A stretch of DNA of 64,000 nucleotides from Macrostomum lignano (lineage: Eukaryota): positions 212,468-276,467 of the forward strand of contig NIVC01001509.1 of assembly GCA_002269645.1 (NCBI GenBank). Reading direction: 5' to 3'. Numbering within the stretch: position 1 is the first letter of the stretch; the number at the start of each line of letters is the position of its first letter. This document shows, in pieces, positions 13,794 through 27,385 of the stretch. The notes below the pieces were generated by a model. The model had not been told where the DNA came from and searched no databases. It worked only from the letters and a program-made list of their open reading frames with translations. The translations under genes were made by a program, and so were the position numbers.

Positions 13794-13915
13794 CTACACG
13801 CCCACACAGGCTGTACAGCGGTCCTGACTTCTAGTCGTCAGGTATGTACACTCTCTGTGTGCCTTGGGGGCCATGACCCTCATGGTTTCGAATCGCACGA
13901 AGTGGCCGAACCAGG
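13794..13915 (+). mobile_element. Short dispersed repeat (SINE/MITE-like) with internal hairpin, copy 1 of 3
   Basis: Similar to 59140-59250 (+) and 61420-61530 (-): CACACAGG..TGTACAGCGG.CCTGAC...GTCAGG.ATGTACACTCTCTGTG. Confidence 0.6.
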
Positions 13916-14389
13916 GGTCGTGGCGTGAGAGTCAGACCACTTTACCTGCTCTTCCCCTATCAGAGCATCAGCCCCCCCCCCCCTGTCTTAATGGCTGCGG
14001 ATTCAAGAGAATCCAGACACCCATGGTTTACATATTCCAATAGTATCAAATTAGACTACCAGTCCAGAGCGTCCTTGAAGTGCTTTATGCTTTTTATTTA
14101 CTACAAGCTGTTGAAACCCGCGGATTTTGATCCCGGGGAATTCCAATACCCGGAACTACTTTTGCATGTATTCTGAAATCTAAGGCCATACACAAACAAA
14201 AACTTAATAGTTAGTAGGATAGAGGTAGACATAAAATGGAGCACATTCGTGTAAAATTAGGGTTTGAGACATTGTTGGCTGGGGTACTGCGCAGAATGTC
14301 AGGCAATGTCTGTCTGACTCTAAAACATATATTGCTAAACTCTGGTCTCTCCCTGACTCTCCCTACGTCCCTTGGATCCTTTAAAATTT

Positions 14390-15888
<1,499 letters not shown>

Positions 15889-17341
15889 TCATCTCTCCTC
15901 TGCGGTCTGATCTCTGTCCCGCTCCTGTCGTTGCTGAGTCTGGACAGTCGTTTCATTGCGTCGTGCCTCTGCGGTCTGATCTCTGTCCCGCTCCTGTCGT
16001 TGCTGAGTCTGAACAGTCGTTTCATTGCGTCGTGCCTCTGCGGTCTGATCTCTGTCCCGTTCCTGTCGTTGCTGAGTCTGGACAGTCGTTTCATTGCGTC
16101 GTGCCTCTGCGGTCTGATCTCTGTCCCGTTCCTGTCGTTGCTGAGTCTGAACAGTCGTTTCATTGCGTCGTGCCTCTGCGGTCTGATCTCTGTCCCGTTC
16201 CCGTCGTTGCTGAGTCTGGACAGTCGTTTCATTGCGTCGTGCCTCTGCAGTCTGATCTCTGTCCCGTTCCTGTCGTTGCTGAGTCTGGACAGTCGTTTCA
16301 TTGCGTCGTGCCTCTGCGGTCTGATCTCTGTCCCGTTCCCGTCGTTGCTGAGTCTGGACAGTCGTTTCATTGCGTCGTGCCTCTGCAGTCTGATCTCTGT
16401 CCCGTTCCTGTCGTTGCTGAGTCTGAACAGTCGTTTCATTGCGTCGTGCCTCGGCTGTTTGCTGTCTTTTTTGTTCACGTCGTCTTTCTTCCCAATTTGC
16501 AGCCCTGAGAGGAACATGTGTACTTCCAGTTCCATCGGAAGTGCTGGCGCCGGCTGCTGATGTCGATGATCTTGTCGGTGGTCGAAGGCTTCTTTTCTGG
16601 GCTTGTTCTCCTAAGGCACTTGCACTCGATCTGGCCTGGGCAGAGCTACCTGTGTTGTCTGCTTCCTCTGTGCTATGTGATGTTCCTGCTTCAGCCGCAT
16701 TGCTTTGCCTTGTAGATCTCCATCGTCTAGCTGCAGCAGTGAAACGACCCAATGCGCTTTTCTTTGGGGGCATTAGAATTTTAAAGTGCCTTTAAATAGG
16801 ACTTAGTGTTACAAATTCTATTTTGTGTGACTAATTCAGGAATCAGGATTGCATCGTATCGCTTTTTGTACCACAGACAACTATGCTAGTCTTATCGATT
16901 GCCATCTTCCTCATCCAAGAAAGAAAGAAAGGCAGGCGGGCGGAGGTTGGGGTGGCTGTCTCGCTGAAAAAAACAGCCAAACTTTAAAAGTGCACAGCGC
17001 CGTTCAGGATTAACTTTGAGACTCGAAATTTTACACGATTGTGTCAAAATAGTTGAAAATTAATTGTGTCAAATTTGAAGAGGATCGGTAGAAGTGGAGC
17101 GGCGCTATGGAGGATTAAGTGAAAAAATCGCGCATTTTGAGCAGTTTTTTGTACTTTTAGGTAGGAAGACTCAAATTTAGGAAATTTTAAGGTAGCCTAA
17201 GACATTCTCCGTAGTAAGTTTAGGGTGGGTGTAAAGTTTGGTGTAATTTGGTTGAGCGGTTTGGGAGTCCATAGCGAAGTAATTTGTCCACAGACAGACA
17301 GACAGACAGACAGACAGAGTTTTGATTTTTATATGTAGAGA
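15889..17341 (-). mobile_element. 5' fragment of a Helitron: TC terminus at 17341 and the N-terminal ORF of RepHel (16773-15889) with about 8 copies of a 23-aa STPR-like repeat
   Basis: Minus strand reads A|TCTCTACATATAAAAATC...(TCTG)n...CGCTATGGACTCCCAAACCGCTCAACC, resembling Helitron 5' ends. ORF starts MPPKKSALGR and carries a 69-bp coding repeat ETTVQTQQRQERDRDQTAEARRN. No Rep or helicase domain is present; the ORF runs into the CT tract. Confidence 0.7.
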
Positions 17342-17626
17342 TGACAGGGACTTATCAAATCCTATGAGAGCGTACTCAAACCATGGTGCCACTATAAAAA
17401 AACAGTGCGCCATTGTTTTCCATCTTCTATAGCAGGAAGCTGGCAGTAAACAGACCGCAGATGGAGCTATTTAGCTAGCTCTCCTGGCAGCTGGGGCAAT
17501 AGGATGATGGAACGAATATATAGAGCAGACGGATCCGGTCTGGAAAACGAATCACTAGGCAGTTATTAAGCTGCCTGCCTTTTCATGGCTACCCGGGTAT
17601 ATTGGCTATAAGCTATAGAAAATAGA

Positions 17627-19377
17627 CTAGCAATCTGCGCCCCCCGTTGGGGAGGCAACAATGAAAGCAATAAAATATTTTTAATAAAAACACCTACACG
17701 TGTAGGTTTTGACCTTGTACAGTCGCTATTGCTTGTATCTTAAAGAAAATGATGTTTAGAGCAACAAAGCATCTCTCAGCCCTGAAAGCCAGCTATCTAG
17801 CCTAAGATACGTGTATCAGAACCCTCTGTAAGCATTGGCAACAGAGCCTTCCTTGAAGCCATAGCTTAACCCTAACACTCCTTTTGATGTTTGGCCTAAC
17901 AACAACTCCCAATTGACCCTTGACATCTCAGCAACTCCCAGCATGAGTCTTGACTTCTCAGCAACTCCCAGCATGAGTCTTGACTTCTCAGCAACTCCCA
18001 GCATGAGTCTTGACTTCTCAGCAACTCCCAGCATGAGTCTTGACTTCTCAGCAACTCCCAGCATGAGTCTTGACTTCTCAGCAACTCCCAGCATGAGTCT
18101 TGACTTCTCAGCAACTCCCAGCATGAGTCTTGACTTCTCAGCAACTCCCAGCATGAGTCTTGACTTCTCAGCAACTCCCAGCATGAGTCTTGACTTCTCA
18201 GCAACTCCCAGCATGAGTCTTGACTTCTCAGCAACTCCCAGCATGAGTCTTGACTTCTCAGCAACTCCCAGCATGAGTCTTGACTTCTCAGCAACTCCCA
18301 GCATGAGTCTTGACTTCTCAGCAACTCCCAGCATGAGTCTTGACTTCTCAGCAACTCCCAGCATGAGTCTTGACTTCTCAGCAACTCCCAGCATGAGTCT
18401 TGACTTCTCAGCAACTCCCAGCATGAGTCTTGACTTCTCAGCAACTCCCAGCATGAGTCTTGACTTCTCAGCAACTCCCAGCATGAGTCTTGACTTCTCA
18501 GCAACTCCCAGCATGAGTCTTGACTTCTCAGCAACTCCCAGCATGAGTCTTGACTTCTCAGCAACTCCCAGCATGAGTCTTGACTTCTCAGCAACTCCCA
18601 GCATGAGTCTTGACTTCTCAGCAACTCCCAGCATGAGTCTTGACTTCTCAGCAACTCCCAGCATGAGTCTTGACTTCTCAGCAACTCCCAGCATGAGTCT
18701 TGACTTCTCAGCAACTCCCAGCATGAGTCTTGACTTCTCAGCAACTCCCCCCAATTGACCCTTGACATCTCAGCAACTCCCAGATATCAGCATTGCATCC
18801 CAGATGTTGCTGACATCTCAGCAACTCCCAACTCATCTCCCAGCATGACCCTTGACATCTCAGCAACTCCCCCCAATTGACCCTTGACATCTCAGCAACT
18901 CCCAGATATCAGCATTGCATCCCAGATGTTGCTGACATCTCAGCAACTCCCAACTCATCTCCCAGCATGACCCTTGACATCTCAGCAACTCCCCCCAATT
19001 GACCCTTGACATCTCAGCAACTCCCTCCAATTGACCCTTGACATCTCAGCAACTCCCTCCAATTGACCCTTGACATCTCAGCAACTCCCCCCAATTGACC
19101 CTTGACATCTCAGCAACTCACCCGGCCATGAGCCTTGACATCTCAGCAACTCACCCCATGAGCCTTGATATCTCAGCAATTTCCCAAACAAACCTTCACA
19201 TCTCAGTACTTCCTTCATGAGCCGCAGCACTTCAGCAACCCCCAACCCCCCAAGAGTCTTGACATCTCCGCAATTACCCACCAAGGCCAGAGATTTTCAG
19301 CGATCCACGCCCCAAGTGAGATATTAAAAGACATTTTCGACAACTTGGAGCACCGCAGGGTCTGACTAAGTAATAGA
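17627..19377 (-). mobile_element. Probable non-autonomous Helitron carrying a 30-bp tandem array
   Basis: 3' end: hairpin GCCTCCCC-AAC-GGGGGGC, 8 nt spacer, then CTAG|T at 17627. Candidate 5' end A|TCTATTAC at 19377. An A|T target fits Helitron rules; the 5' end is less certain. Confidence 0.5.
17920..18748. repeat. 30-bp minisatellite (GCATGAGTCTTGACTTCTCAGCAACTCCCA), about 27 copies; degenerate copies continue to about 19270
   Basis: Direct. Confidence 0.95.
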
Positions 19378-19576
19378 TCAAAGCTCCTAACAAAAAGTTC
19401 ACCGAATTTTTGACAGATAAAAGTGCAAACAGCATCTATTCGCTTCTGGTATGCAACCATCCCCTAGGAACTGCCACTTCGAACAGGAGGGGGGGGCTTT
19501 TGACCGAGCCTTGCACGCAGCCACGCAGCATTTTTAATCGCCTACCCGCCCTTTTCAGCGGACCAACACTAGTGTG

Positions 19577-19915
19577 GCAGACGGATCAAGAGTCAGACGG
19601 ATCAAGAGTCAGACGGATCAAGAGTCAGACGGATCAAGAGTCAGACGGATCAAGAGTCAGACGGATCAAGAGTCAGACGGATCAAGAGTCAGACGGATCA
19701 AGAGTCAGACGGATCAAGAGTCAGACGGATCAAGAGTCAGACGGATCAAGAGTCAGACGGATCAAGAGTCAGACGGATCAAGAGTCAGACGGATCGAGAG
19801 TCAGACGGATCAAGAGTCAGACGGATCGAGAGTCAGACGGATCAAGAGTCAGACGGATCGAGAGTCGGACGGATCAAGAGTCAGACGGATCAAGAGTCAG
19901 ACGGATCGAGAGTCA
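19577..19915. repeat. 16-bp tandem repeat (ACGGATCAAGAGTCAG), about 21 copies
   Basis: Direct. Confidence 0.92.
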
Positions 19916-19926
19916 GGCCAGCCAAG

Positions 19927-20160
19927 ATGCACTTCCCAAAGCAGAAGCTGAAGGCGGAAAACACAGCAGACGGTGCCGACGACCCCGGGCCGCAGGACAG
20001 CCTGGCGCGCCGGCTCGGCCAGAAGGCGATCCGCCTGCTGACGGTGGGCTCCTACCTGACCGCCATCCTGTCCGCCTCAGTTGTCATGGCAGTCTACTAT
20101 TGCTGGATGTGGTCGCCAAATTTCGTCAATATAACTGACACTGACCCGAATTCGCTTTGA
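19927..20160 (+). CDS. 77-aa InaF-motif (TRP-interacting helix) single-pass membrane protein
   Basis: KAIRLLTVGSYLTAILSASVVMAVYYCWMWSP matches the recalled InaF motif pattern (RL.TV..Y...S....L.VYY...W.P). Good start context GCCAAGATG. Confidence 0.75.
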   Translation: MHFPKQKLKAENTADGADDPGPQDSLARRLGQKAIRLLTVGSYLTAILSASVVMAVYYCWMWSPNFVNITDTDPNSL

Positions 20161-20954
20161 ACCGGAGCTGAACGGAACGGGGGGTTAATGACTGCTGGGA
20201 TTGGGGTGGGGTGAGTGTACGCGGCAATGTACATTGTCGCTAATTACTATTGGTCCTCTGCCTAACCACACGGCCACCTCACTCCGCACGCCAGTTATCA
20301 GCTGGTCTCTGATTGGCTGTCGGCTCAGAGAGACAATCAGGGGATGTGAATTTGTCTATCGATTTTTGTGAGTCTGAGTCTAAGAAACTTGAGTCAAAGA
20401 AACTTAGAGTTTGGAACTTGAGCGTTAACAATATTTTTGTAGAAAGTTTTGTATATCTTGCGGAACGAGAAGTTTATCAGAAAATTATTAGATAATGAGA
20501 GCTCAGACTGCAGTCATGCACTGGTTGGATACAAACTTTTCGTTATGGAATTCAAGCGGGTTTTATTGCTACAAAAGCTGACTTTTGAACGAACTGCATA
20601 AAATGCAGTCAGACTTGACACCTGCTTTACAAATTCTGTAAAATCGTATTTGTGGTAAATGAGCTGTACAGACAAAACAACCCCAAGGCCATCCCAAATG
20701 AGAGTTGTGTTCGTCTTGATTCTTGAGGCATAATCCTGGTTGAGTCTTATTAAGCTGTTTGAGTCTTACCTTCAATTTGAAAATTCATTTTCATTTAATG
20801 GATTTATGGGCTTAGAAAAATCACACACTTAGCGCTCTGAAATTAAAAGCTTTTTGCTGATTGCTTCAGAAATTTGCATGCATTTTGTTGATTAATTCAC
20901 ATTATACTAATTAGACAGACTAATTAGACTTGATGATTAAGCGGCCCGTGTATG

Positions 20955-22455
20955 TTATGAGTGGCTCATGAGTGCCTTATATCTGTCATAAGTAGCTCAT
21001 ATCTGTCAAGAGTGGCTCATGAGTGGCTCATATATGTCATGAGTGGCTCATATATGTCATGAGTGGCTCATATATGTCATGAGTGGCTCATATATGTCAT
21101 GAGTGGCTCATATATGTCATGAGTGGCTCATGAGTGGGTCATATCTGTCATGAGTGGCTCATATCTGTCATGAGTGGCTCATATCTGTCACGAGTGGCTT
21201 ATATCTGTCATGAGTGGCTCATATCTGTCACGAGTGGCTCATATATGTCATGAGTGGCTCATATCTGTCATGAGTGGCTCATATCTGTCATGAGTGGCTC
21301 ATATCTGTCACGAGTGGCTCATATCTGTCATGAGTGGCTCATATCTGTCACGAGTGGCTCATATCTGTCATGAGTGGCTCATATCTGTCACGAGTGGCTC
21401 ATATCTGTCACGAGTGGCACATATCTGTCATGAGTGGCTCATATCTGTCACGAGTGGCTCATATCTGTCATGAGTGGCTCATATCTGTCATGAGTGGCTC
21501 ATATCTGTCACGAGTGGCTCATATCTGTCATGAGTGGCTTATATCTGTCATGAGTGGCTCATATCTATCACGAGTGGCTCATATCTGTCACGAGTGGCTC
21601 ATATCTGTCATGAGTGGCTCATATCTGTCACGAGTGGCTCATATCTGTCATGAGTGGCTCATATCTGTTATGAGTGGCTCATATCTGTCATGAATGGCTC
21701 ATATCTGTCATGAGTGGCTCATATCTGTCACGAGTGGCTCATATCTGTCACGAGTGGCTCATATCTGTCATGAGTGGCTCATATCTGTCATGAGTGGCTT
21801 ATATCTGTCACGAGTGGCTCATATCTATAATGAATGGCTGAAATATACGCTCTGTCATGAATGGCTCATATCTGTCACAAATGGCTCATATCTGTCACGA
21901 GTGGCTCATATCTGTCACGAGTGGCTCATATATGTCATGAGTGGCTCATATCTGTCATGAGTGGCTCATATCTGTCATGAGTGGCTCATATCTGTCATGA
22001 GTGGCTCATATCTGTCATGAGTGGCTCATATCTGTCATGAGTGGCTCATATCTGTCATGAGTGGCTCATATCTGTCATGAGTGGCTCATATCTGTCATGA
22101 GTGGCTCATATCTGTCATGAGTGGCTCATATCTGTCATGAGTGGCTCATATCTGTCATGAGTGGCTCATATCTGTCATGAGTGGCTCATATCTGTCACGA
22201 GTGGCTCATATCTGTCATGAGTGGCTCATATCTGTCATGAGTGGCTTATATCTGTCACGAGTGGCTCATATCTATAATGAATGGCTGAAATATACGCTCT
22301 GTCATGAATGGCTCATATCTGTCACGAGTGGCTCATATCTGTCACGAGTGCCTCATATCTATAATGAATGGCTGAAATATACGCTCTGTCATGAATGGCT
22401 CATATCTGTCACGAGTGGCTCATATCTGTCATGAGTGGCTCATATCTATCATGAG
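20955..22455. repeat. 20-bp minisatellite (GAGTGGCTCATATCTGTCAT)n
   Basis: Direct. Confidence 0.95.
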
Positions 22456-22894
22456 CTTGCTTCTTTTAGCTATGTCATTTTTGTACTAAAATTTCGGCTC
22501 CAGTCCAGATGCCAAACCCCAGTTGTCCTTGTGTGGATAATAAAGTTAAAGCTTTTTTACATTGGCTTTAATCAGAATTGTCCAATGGTAGATGATTTTT
22601 TCAGGATGCCAGATATACTGCCGCAGCCCCAGCATCTAATTGCATTTTATTGCATTTGACTGTGCTCGGGGGGGGGGGGACCACCGGATTCGCGCCAGTA
22701 TTGGCCCATTACTATTTTATCTGGCTGAGAGGCCTGTGGTAGTTCGTGCAAGAACTCGTGCAAATTCAATTTCCAATGTAATGGACGGAAGGGTGCCGCA
22801 TGCTGGGGCGGGGGAAGGCGCGCGGAAATGGCTGCCAAGAGGGGAGAAAGGCAGGAGAGGTGAATGAACGTGTGCCATTAAGCATGAGCTAGAG

Positions 22895-24128
22895 CGGAGT
22901 GAATGGCCGAGTGAGAGAGTGAATGGCCGAGAAAGTGAATGGCCGAGTGAGAGAGTGAATGGCCGAGAGAGTGAATGGCGAAGTGAGAGAGTGAATGGCC
23001 GAGAGAGTGAATGGCGAAGTGAGAGAGTGAATGGCAGAGTGTGAGAGTGAATGGCCGAGTGGGAGAGTGAATTGAGAAGTGAGAAAGTGAATGGAGGAGT
23101 GTGAGAGTGAATTGAGGAGTGTGAGAGTGAATTGAGAAGTGGGAGAGTGAATGGAGGAGTGAGAAAGTGAATGGAGGAGTTTGAGAGTGAATTGAGGAGT
23201 GTGAGAGTGAATTGAGGAGTGTGAGAGTGAATTGAGAAGTGGGAGAGTGAATGGAGGAGTGAGAAAGTGAATGGAGGAGTGTGAGAGTGAATTGTGGAGT
23301 GTGAGAGTGAATTGAGAAGTGGGAGAGTGAATGGAGGAGTGAGAAAGTGAATGGAGGAGTTTGAGAGTGAATTGAGGAGTGTGAGAGTGAATTGAGGAGT
23401 GTGAGAGTGAATTGAGAAGTGGGAGAGTGAATGGAGGAGTGAGAAAGTGAATGGAGGAGTGTGAGAGTTAATTGTGGAGTGTGAGAGTGAATTGAGAAGT
23501 GGGAGAGTGAATGGAGGAGTGGGAGAGTGAATGGAGGAGTGAGAAAGTGAATGGAGGAGTGAGAGAGTGAATGGCCGAGTGGGAGAGTGAATTGGAGAGT
23601 GGGAGAGTGAATGGCCGAGTCGGAGAGTGAATGGAGGAGTGAGAGTGAATGACAGAGAGTGAGAGGGAATGTCCGAGTGGGAGAGTGAATTGAGAAGTGA
23701 GAAAGTGAATGGAGGAGTGTGAGAGTGAATTGAGGAGTGTGAGAGTGAATTGAGAAGTGGGAGAGTGAATGGAGGAGTGAGAAAGTGAATGGAGGAGTTT
23801 GAGAGTGAATTGAGGAGTGTGAGAGTGAATTGAGGAGTGTGAGAGTGAATTGAGAAGTGGGAGAGTGAATGGAGGAGTGAGAAAGTGAATGGAGGAGTGT
23901 GAGAGTGAATTGTGGAGTGTGAGAGTGAATTGAGAAGTGGGAGAGTGAATGGAGGAGTGGGAGAGTGAATGGAGGAGTGAGAAAGTGAATGGAGGAGTGA
24001 GAGAGTGAATGGCCGAGTGGGAGAGTGAATTGGAGAGTGGGAGAGTGAATGGCCGAGTGGGAGAGTGAATGGCCGAGTCGGAGAGTGAATGGAGGAGTGA
24101 GAGTGAATGACAGAGAGTGAGAGGGAAT
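22895..24128. repeat. Purine-rich ~20-bp minisatellite (GAGAGTGAATGGAGGAGT variants)
   Basis: Direct; contains larger internal duplicated blocks. Confidence 0.9.
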
Positions 24129-24599
24129 GGCAAAAGCTGCTTGAATCTGCTTCCACATGAGCCCCTACTGCAGGCAACCAGATGTGTTTGCCGCTTGTCG
24201 AGGCCAGACGGTCCGGGCTGAGTGGCCGGCTGTTTACAGCGGCAGCTTGGCCAGCGCAAAAGTTCTTCCCGATATTATTAGCCAGGGAAAAGGAGGATCT
24301 CACAGTTGCTCGGACTGAGATAAAGTCGGCGAAAAAAGTTCTGTCTACTGCCAAGGCCTGACTGGCTGCTCAAGATCCGAAAGATGACGGGCGAGGCTGA
24401 GGGGAGGCTGGGGGCGAGCGCGCAATTCCGAGATGGGGAATCGGCAGCAGCTTGGTGGGAAGTGACGACTTGGGGATATTCTCGGGAGAGGGAAGGGTAG
24501 AAAATATGGGATGTGGATGGGCAGGGGGGATTAGAAAGAGGGGACAAAAGATACCAAATCAATCGACAGTCACCACCACAGAATACTGAGAAAAATCAA

Positions 24600-25370
24600 A
24601 GAGGCGAGATAAACATCAGCGAAAAATCTTCAGAGAATTCAGAGAGAATTCAAAGGGAAATCTGAGAGAATTCAGAGAGACTTCAGAGAGAATTCAGAGG
24701 GAAATCTGAGAGAAACCAGAGAGAATTTAGAGAGAAACCAGAGAGAATTTAGAGAGAAACCAGAGAAAATTCAGAGGGAAATCTGAGAGAGTTCAGAGAG
24801 AATTTAGAAAGAAATCAGAGAGAATTCAGAGGGAAATCTGAGAGAGTTCAGAGAGAATTTAGAAAGAAATCAGAGAGAATTCAGAGGGAAATCTGAGAGA
24901 GTTCAGAGAGAATTTAGAAAGAAATCAGAGAGAATTCAGAGGGAAATCTGAGAGAGTTCAGAGAGAATTTAGAAAGAAATCAGAGAGAATTCAGAGGGAA
25001 ATCTGAGAGAGTTCAGAGAGAATTTAGAAAGAAATCAGAGAGAATTCAGAGGGAAATCTGAGAGAAACCAGAGAGAATTTAGAGAGAAACCAGAGAGAAT
25101 TTAGAGAGAAACCAGAGAAAATTCAGAGGGAAATCTGAGAGAGTTCAGAGAGAATTTAGAAAGAAATCAGAGAGAATTCAGAGGGAAATCTGAGAGAGTT
25201 CAGAGAGAATTTAGAAAGAAATCAGAGAGAATTCAGAGGGAAATCTGAGAGAAACCAGAGAGAATATAGAGAGAAATCAGAGAGAATTCAGAGGGAAATC
25301 AAAAGAAAATCAGAGAGAATTCAGAGAGAATTCACAGAGAGAAATCTGAGAGAGTTCAGAGAGAAGCTGG
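24600..25370. repeat. AG-rich composite tandem repeat (CAGAGAGAATT-based, ~55-bp higher-order unit)
   Basis: Direct. Confidence 0.85.
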
Positions 25371-26306
25371 AAAGAAAGCTCGGAGATCAAGGTGATAAAA
25401 ATAGTTTCAGAGATATGTAGGAAATAAGCAGAAAATGTGAACCAAAAACACGCAAGCTTTTCATGTCGTCAGTTGCGAGTGGAAACTGAGAACCATTCAA
25501 AACCGACATGGAACACGAACAGAGCTAGCACGCCGATACACTGTAATTACAGACACGCACACAGTCTTTGGCTTTCGCTGAGCCAAGTATTGCTATAAAA
25601 TGAATTTGCGTCATTGCTGAAACCAGTTGAGCGATTCTGTCAGCACTTCTGAGCTAGTGCGTCTGATGAGACAAATACCTACTACTTCAGTTGAACCGTT
25701 GTTTATGAATGGCTTTAATGAGGCCCTTGAGCGAGATTTGTAATTTTAATCTTTCAGCGTTTCATTTGGGTTAATATTTTCATCCAAGTATAGAAGGACT
25801 TTATGATAGTGCTGTTGTCAGTACTCGTACTGACTCATTGATATTCATTTGTTCACTCACTACCATCTGCTTCGCAATGACTTCCTTTTTCTCGTTTAAA
25901 TCACTCATGCTCAACTACGTGCAGGAAGTTTCTAGAACTTGTAAAATTCTAATGCGAGGTCAGGTTTCAAGCTGTTTCATAAAAGACTTGTTTTCAGCAA
26001 TCAGCAATTTGCTTTTCTGCTCCCGGGCACCATATGCTAAATAGTTTTCAAGCGAGGAGTCAGCAATGAATAATTTTACAATAGAAACTTTCATTTATAC
26101 AACAGCTTAAAACGCCCACGGAGTCAACAGCTGGTGCAAACGACTCTTTCTAAGACACAGCGCTCACTGTTACTAAAGGCGCTCTCGTCACTGATTCTTT
26201 TTATACTCCAGCGTAGCTCGACACAACGCAAAACTACTCAAGCTCAACCGAGAAAGCCTTTTGACGTATTTCCAAGAGAGCAGTCAACACTGACAACATT
26301 ATCCAG

Positions 26307-26717
26307 ATGAAGTCTTGTACAACAGCTGCGCTGCTAACTGCCGCAGCTCTGATGCTCTGCAGCTTGGCCGTGGCGGTCCCGCTGGACTGTCCGATCAATC
26401 GCCACGCCGACTGGGAGATCATCGCCGGCAAGAACATCAGCCAGCTGCTCATTAACATCAAGCTGAGCAACGGCAGCTGCGTGGAGGTGCACGATCAGGG
26501 CACGCCGACTACTTTTACAACTTCGCGAGCCCGCGGCTGCACCTTCTGCATCGAGGGCCACTGCGTCCCGGTGCCCCGGCTGCCCAGCCCGCCAACCTGC
26601 GACTCTGTGCAGGGCCCTGATTGCGGTCAGTACTTCACCGCCAAGGGCAATCGAGCTGCGCCCTGCGCGGATGCCAACCCGCTGCTGTCCAGCCTCAGCC
26701 TCGCGGGCAAGAAGTAA
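26307..26717 (+). CDS. 136-aa secreted cysteine-rich protein of unknown family
   Basis: Signal-peptide-like N-terminus, 8 Cys in the mature part, GC-rich codons against AT-richer flanks, AATAAA at 26870. Confidence 0.75.
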   Translation: MKSCTTAALLTAAALMLCSLAVAVPLDCPINRHADWEIIAGKNISQLLINIKLSNGSCVEVHDQGTPTTFTTSRARGCTFCIEGHCVPVPRLPSPPTCDSVQGPDCGQYFTAKGNRAAPCADANPLLSSLSLAGKK

Positions 26718-27185
26718 ACATGGCGCATTGACTCCGGGTGAAGGGTGCAGACAGTGTGACAGTGGGAACCCGACAGTTGACTATGTAGTACTATATTTAT
26801 TGACAACTGATAATTAACTACATGTATTCCAGTCCAAAACAAGCGGTAAATAATCAATTATTTTATTTCAATAAAAATTGACTCCGGGAGCAGGATACAC
26901 TCCGCTCCTGTGAATATTAGAAGAATGATGAATGCAGAAGCCGGTGAAAACCAGGCGAGTTACGCGCGCACTCGAATGCAGAGAAGGTCGAAGAGATTAC
27001 TGGACGCGATTCTGCGATGAAGCTTTCAATTTCACTGATTTGAAATCCATTGTGAGCCTCACGCTGCGAGCCCAATGATTAGTGAGGGAGGGTGACGCAT
27101 ATTATAAAATTCATTTGCCTGTTGTTCGCAAACAGGAAGGCGAGCTTCCGTGTTGTCGGGCAATTGGAAAGTCAATGACAGATAA

Positions 27186-27208
27186 GGGTCAGACAAAGAC
27201 AGACACTA

Positions 27209-27241
<33 letters not shown>

Positions 27242-27316
27242 CTAAGACAGACCGACAGACAGACAGACAGACAGACAAACACTTAGACAGACACTAAGAC
27301 AGACAGACAGACACTA

Positions 27317-27349
<33 letters not shown>

Positions 27350-27352
27350 CTA

Positions 27353-27385
<33 letters not shown>

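Noticed and set aside
13880-13900. tRNA gene (B-box-like GGTTTCGAATC)
   Set aside because: No cloverleaf or A box, and not conserved in the other copies.
17816-18768. ~300-aa repetitive ORFs on both strands
   Set aside because: Stop-free frames of a perfect 30-bp array.
22717-24354. 545-aa and 426-aa His/Ser/Leu ORFs
   Set aside because: Translations of a purine-rich array; the unique flanks give no recognisable protein.
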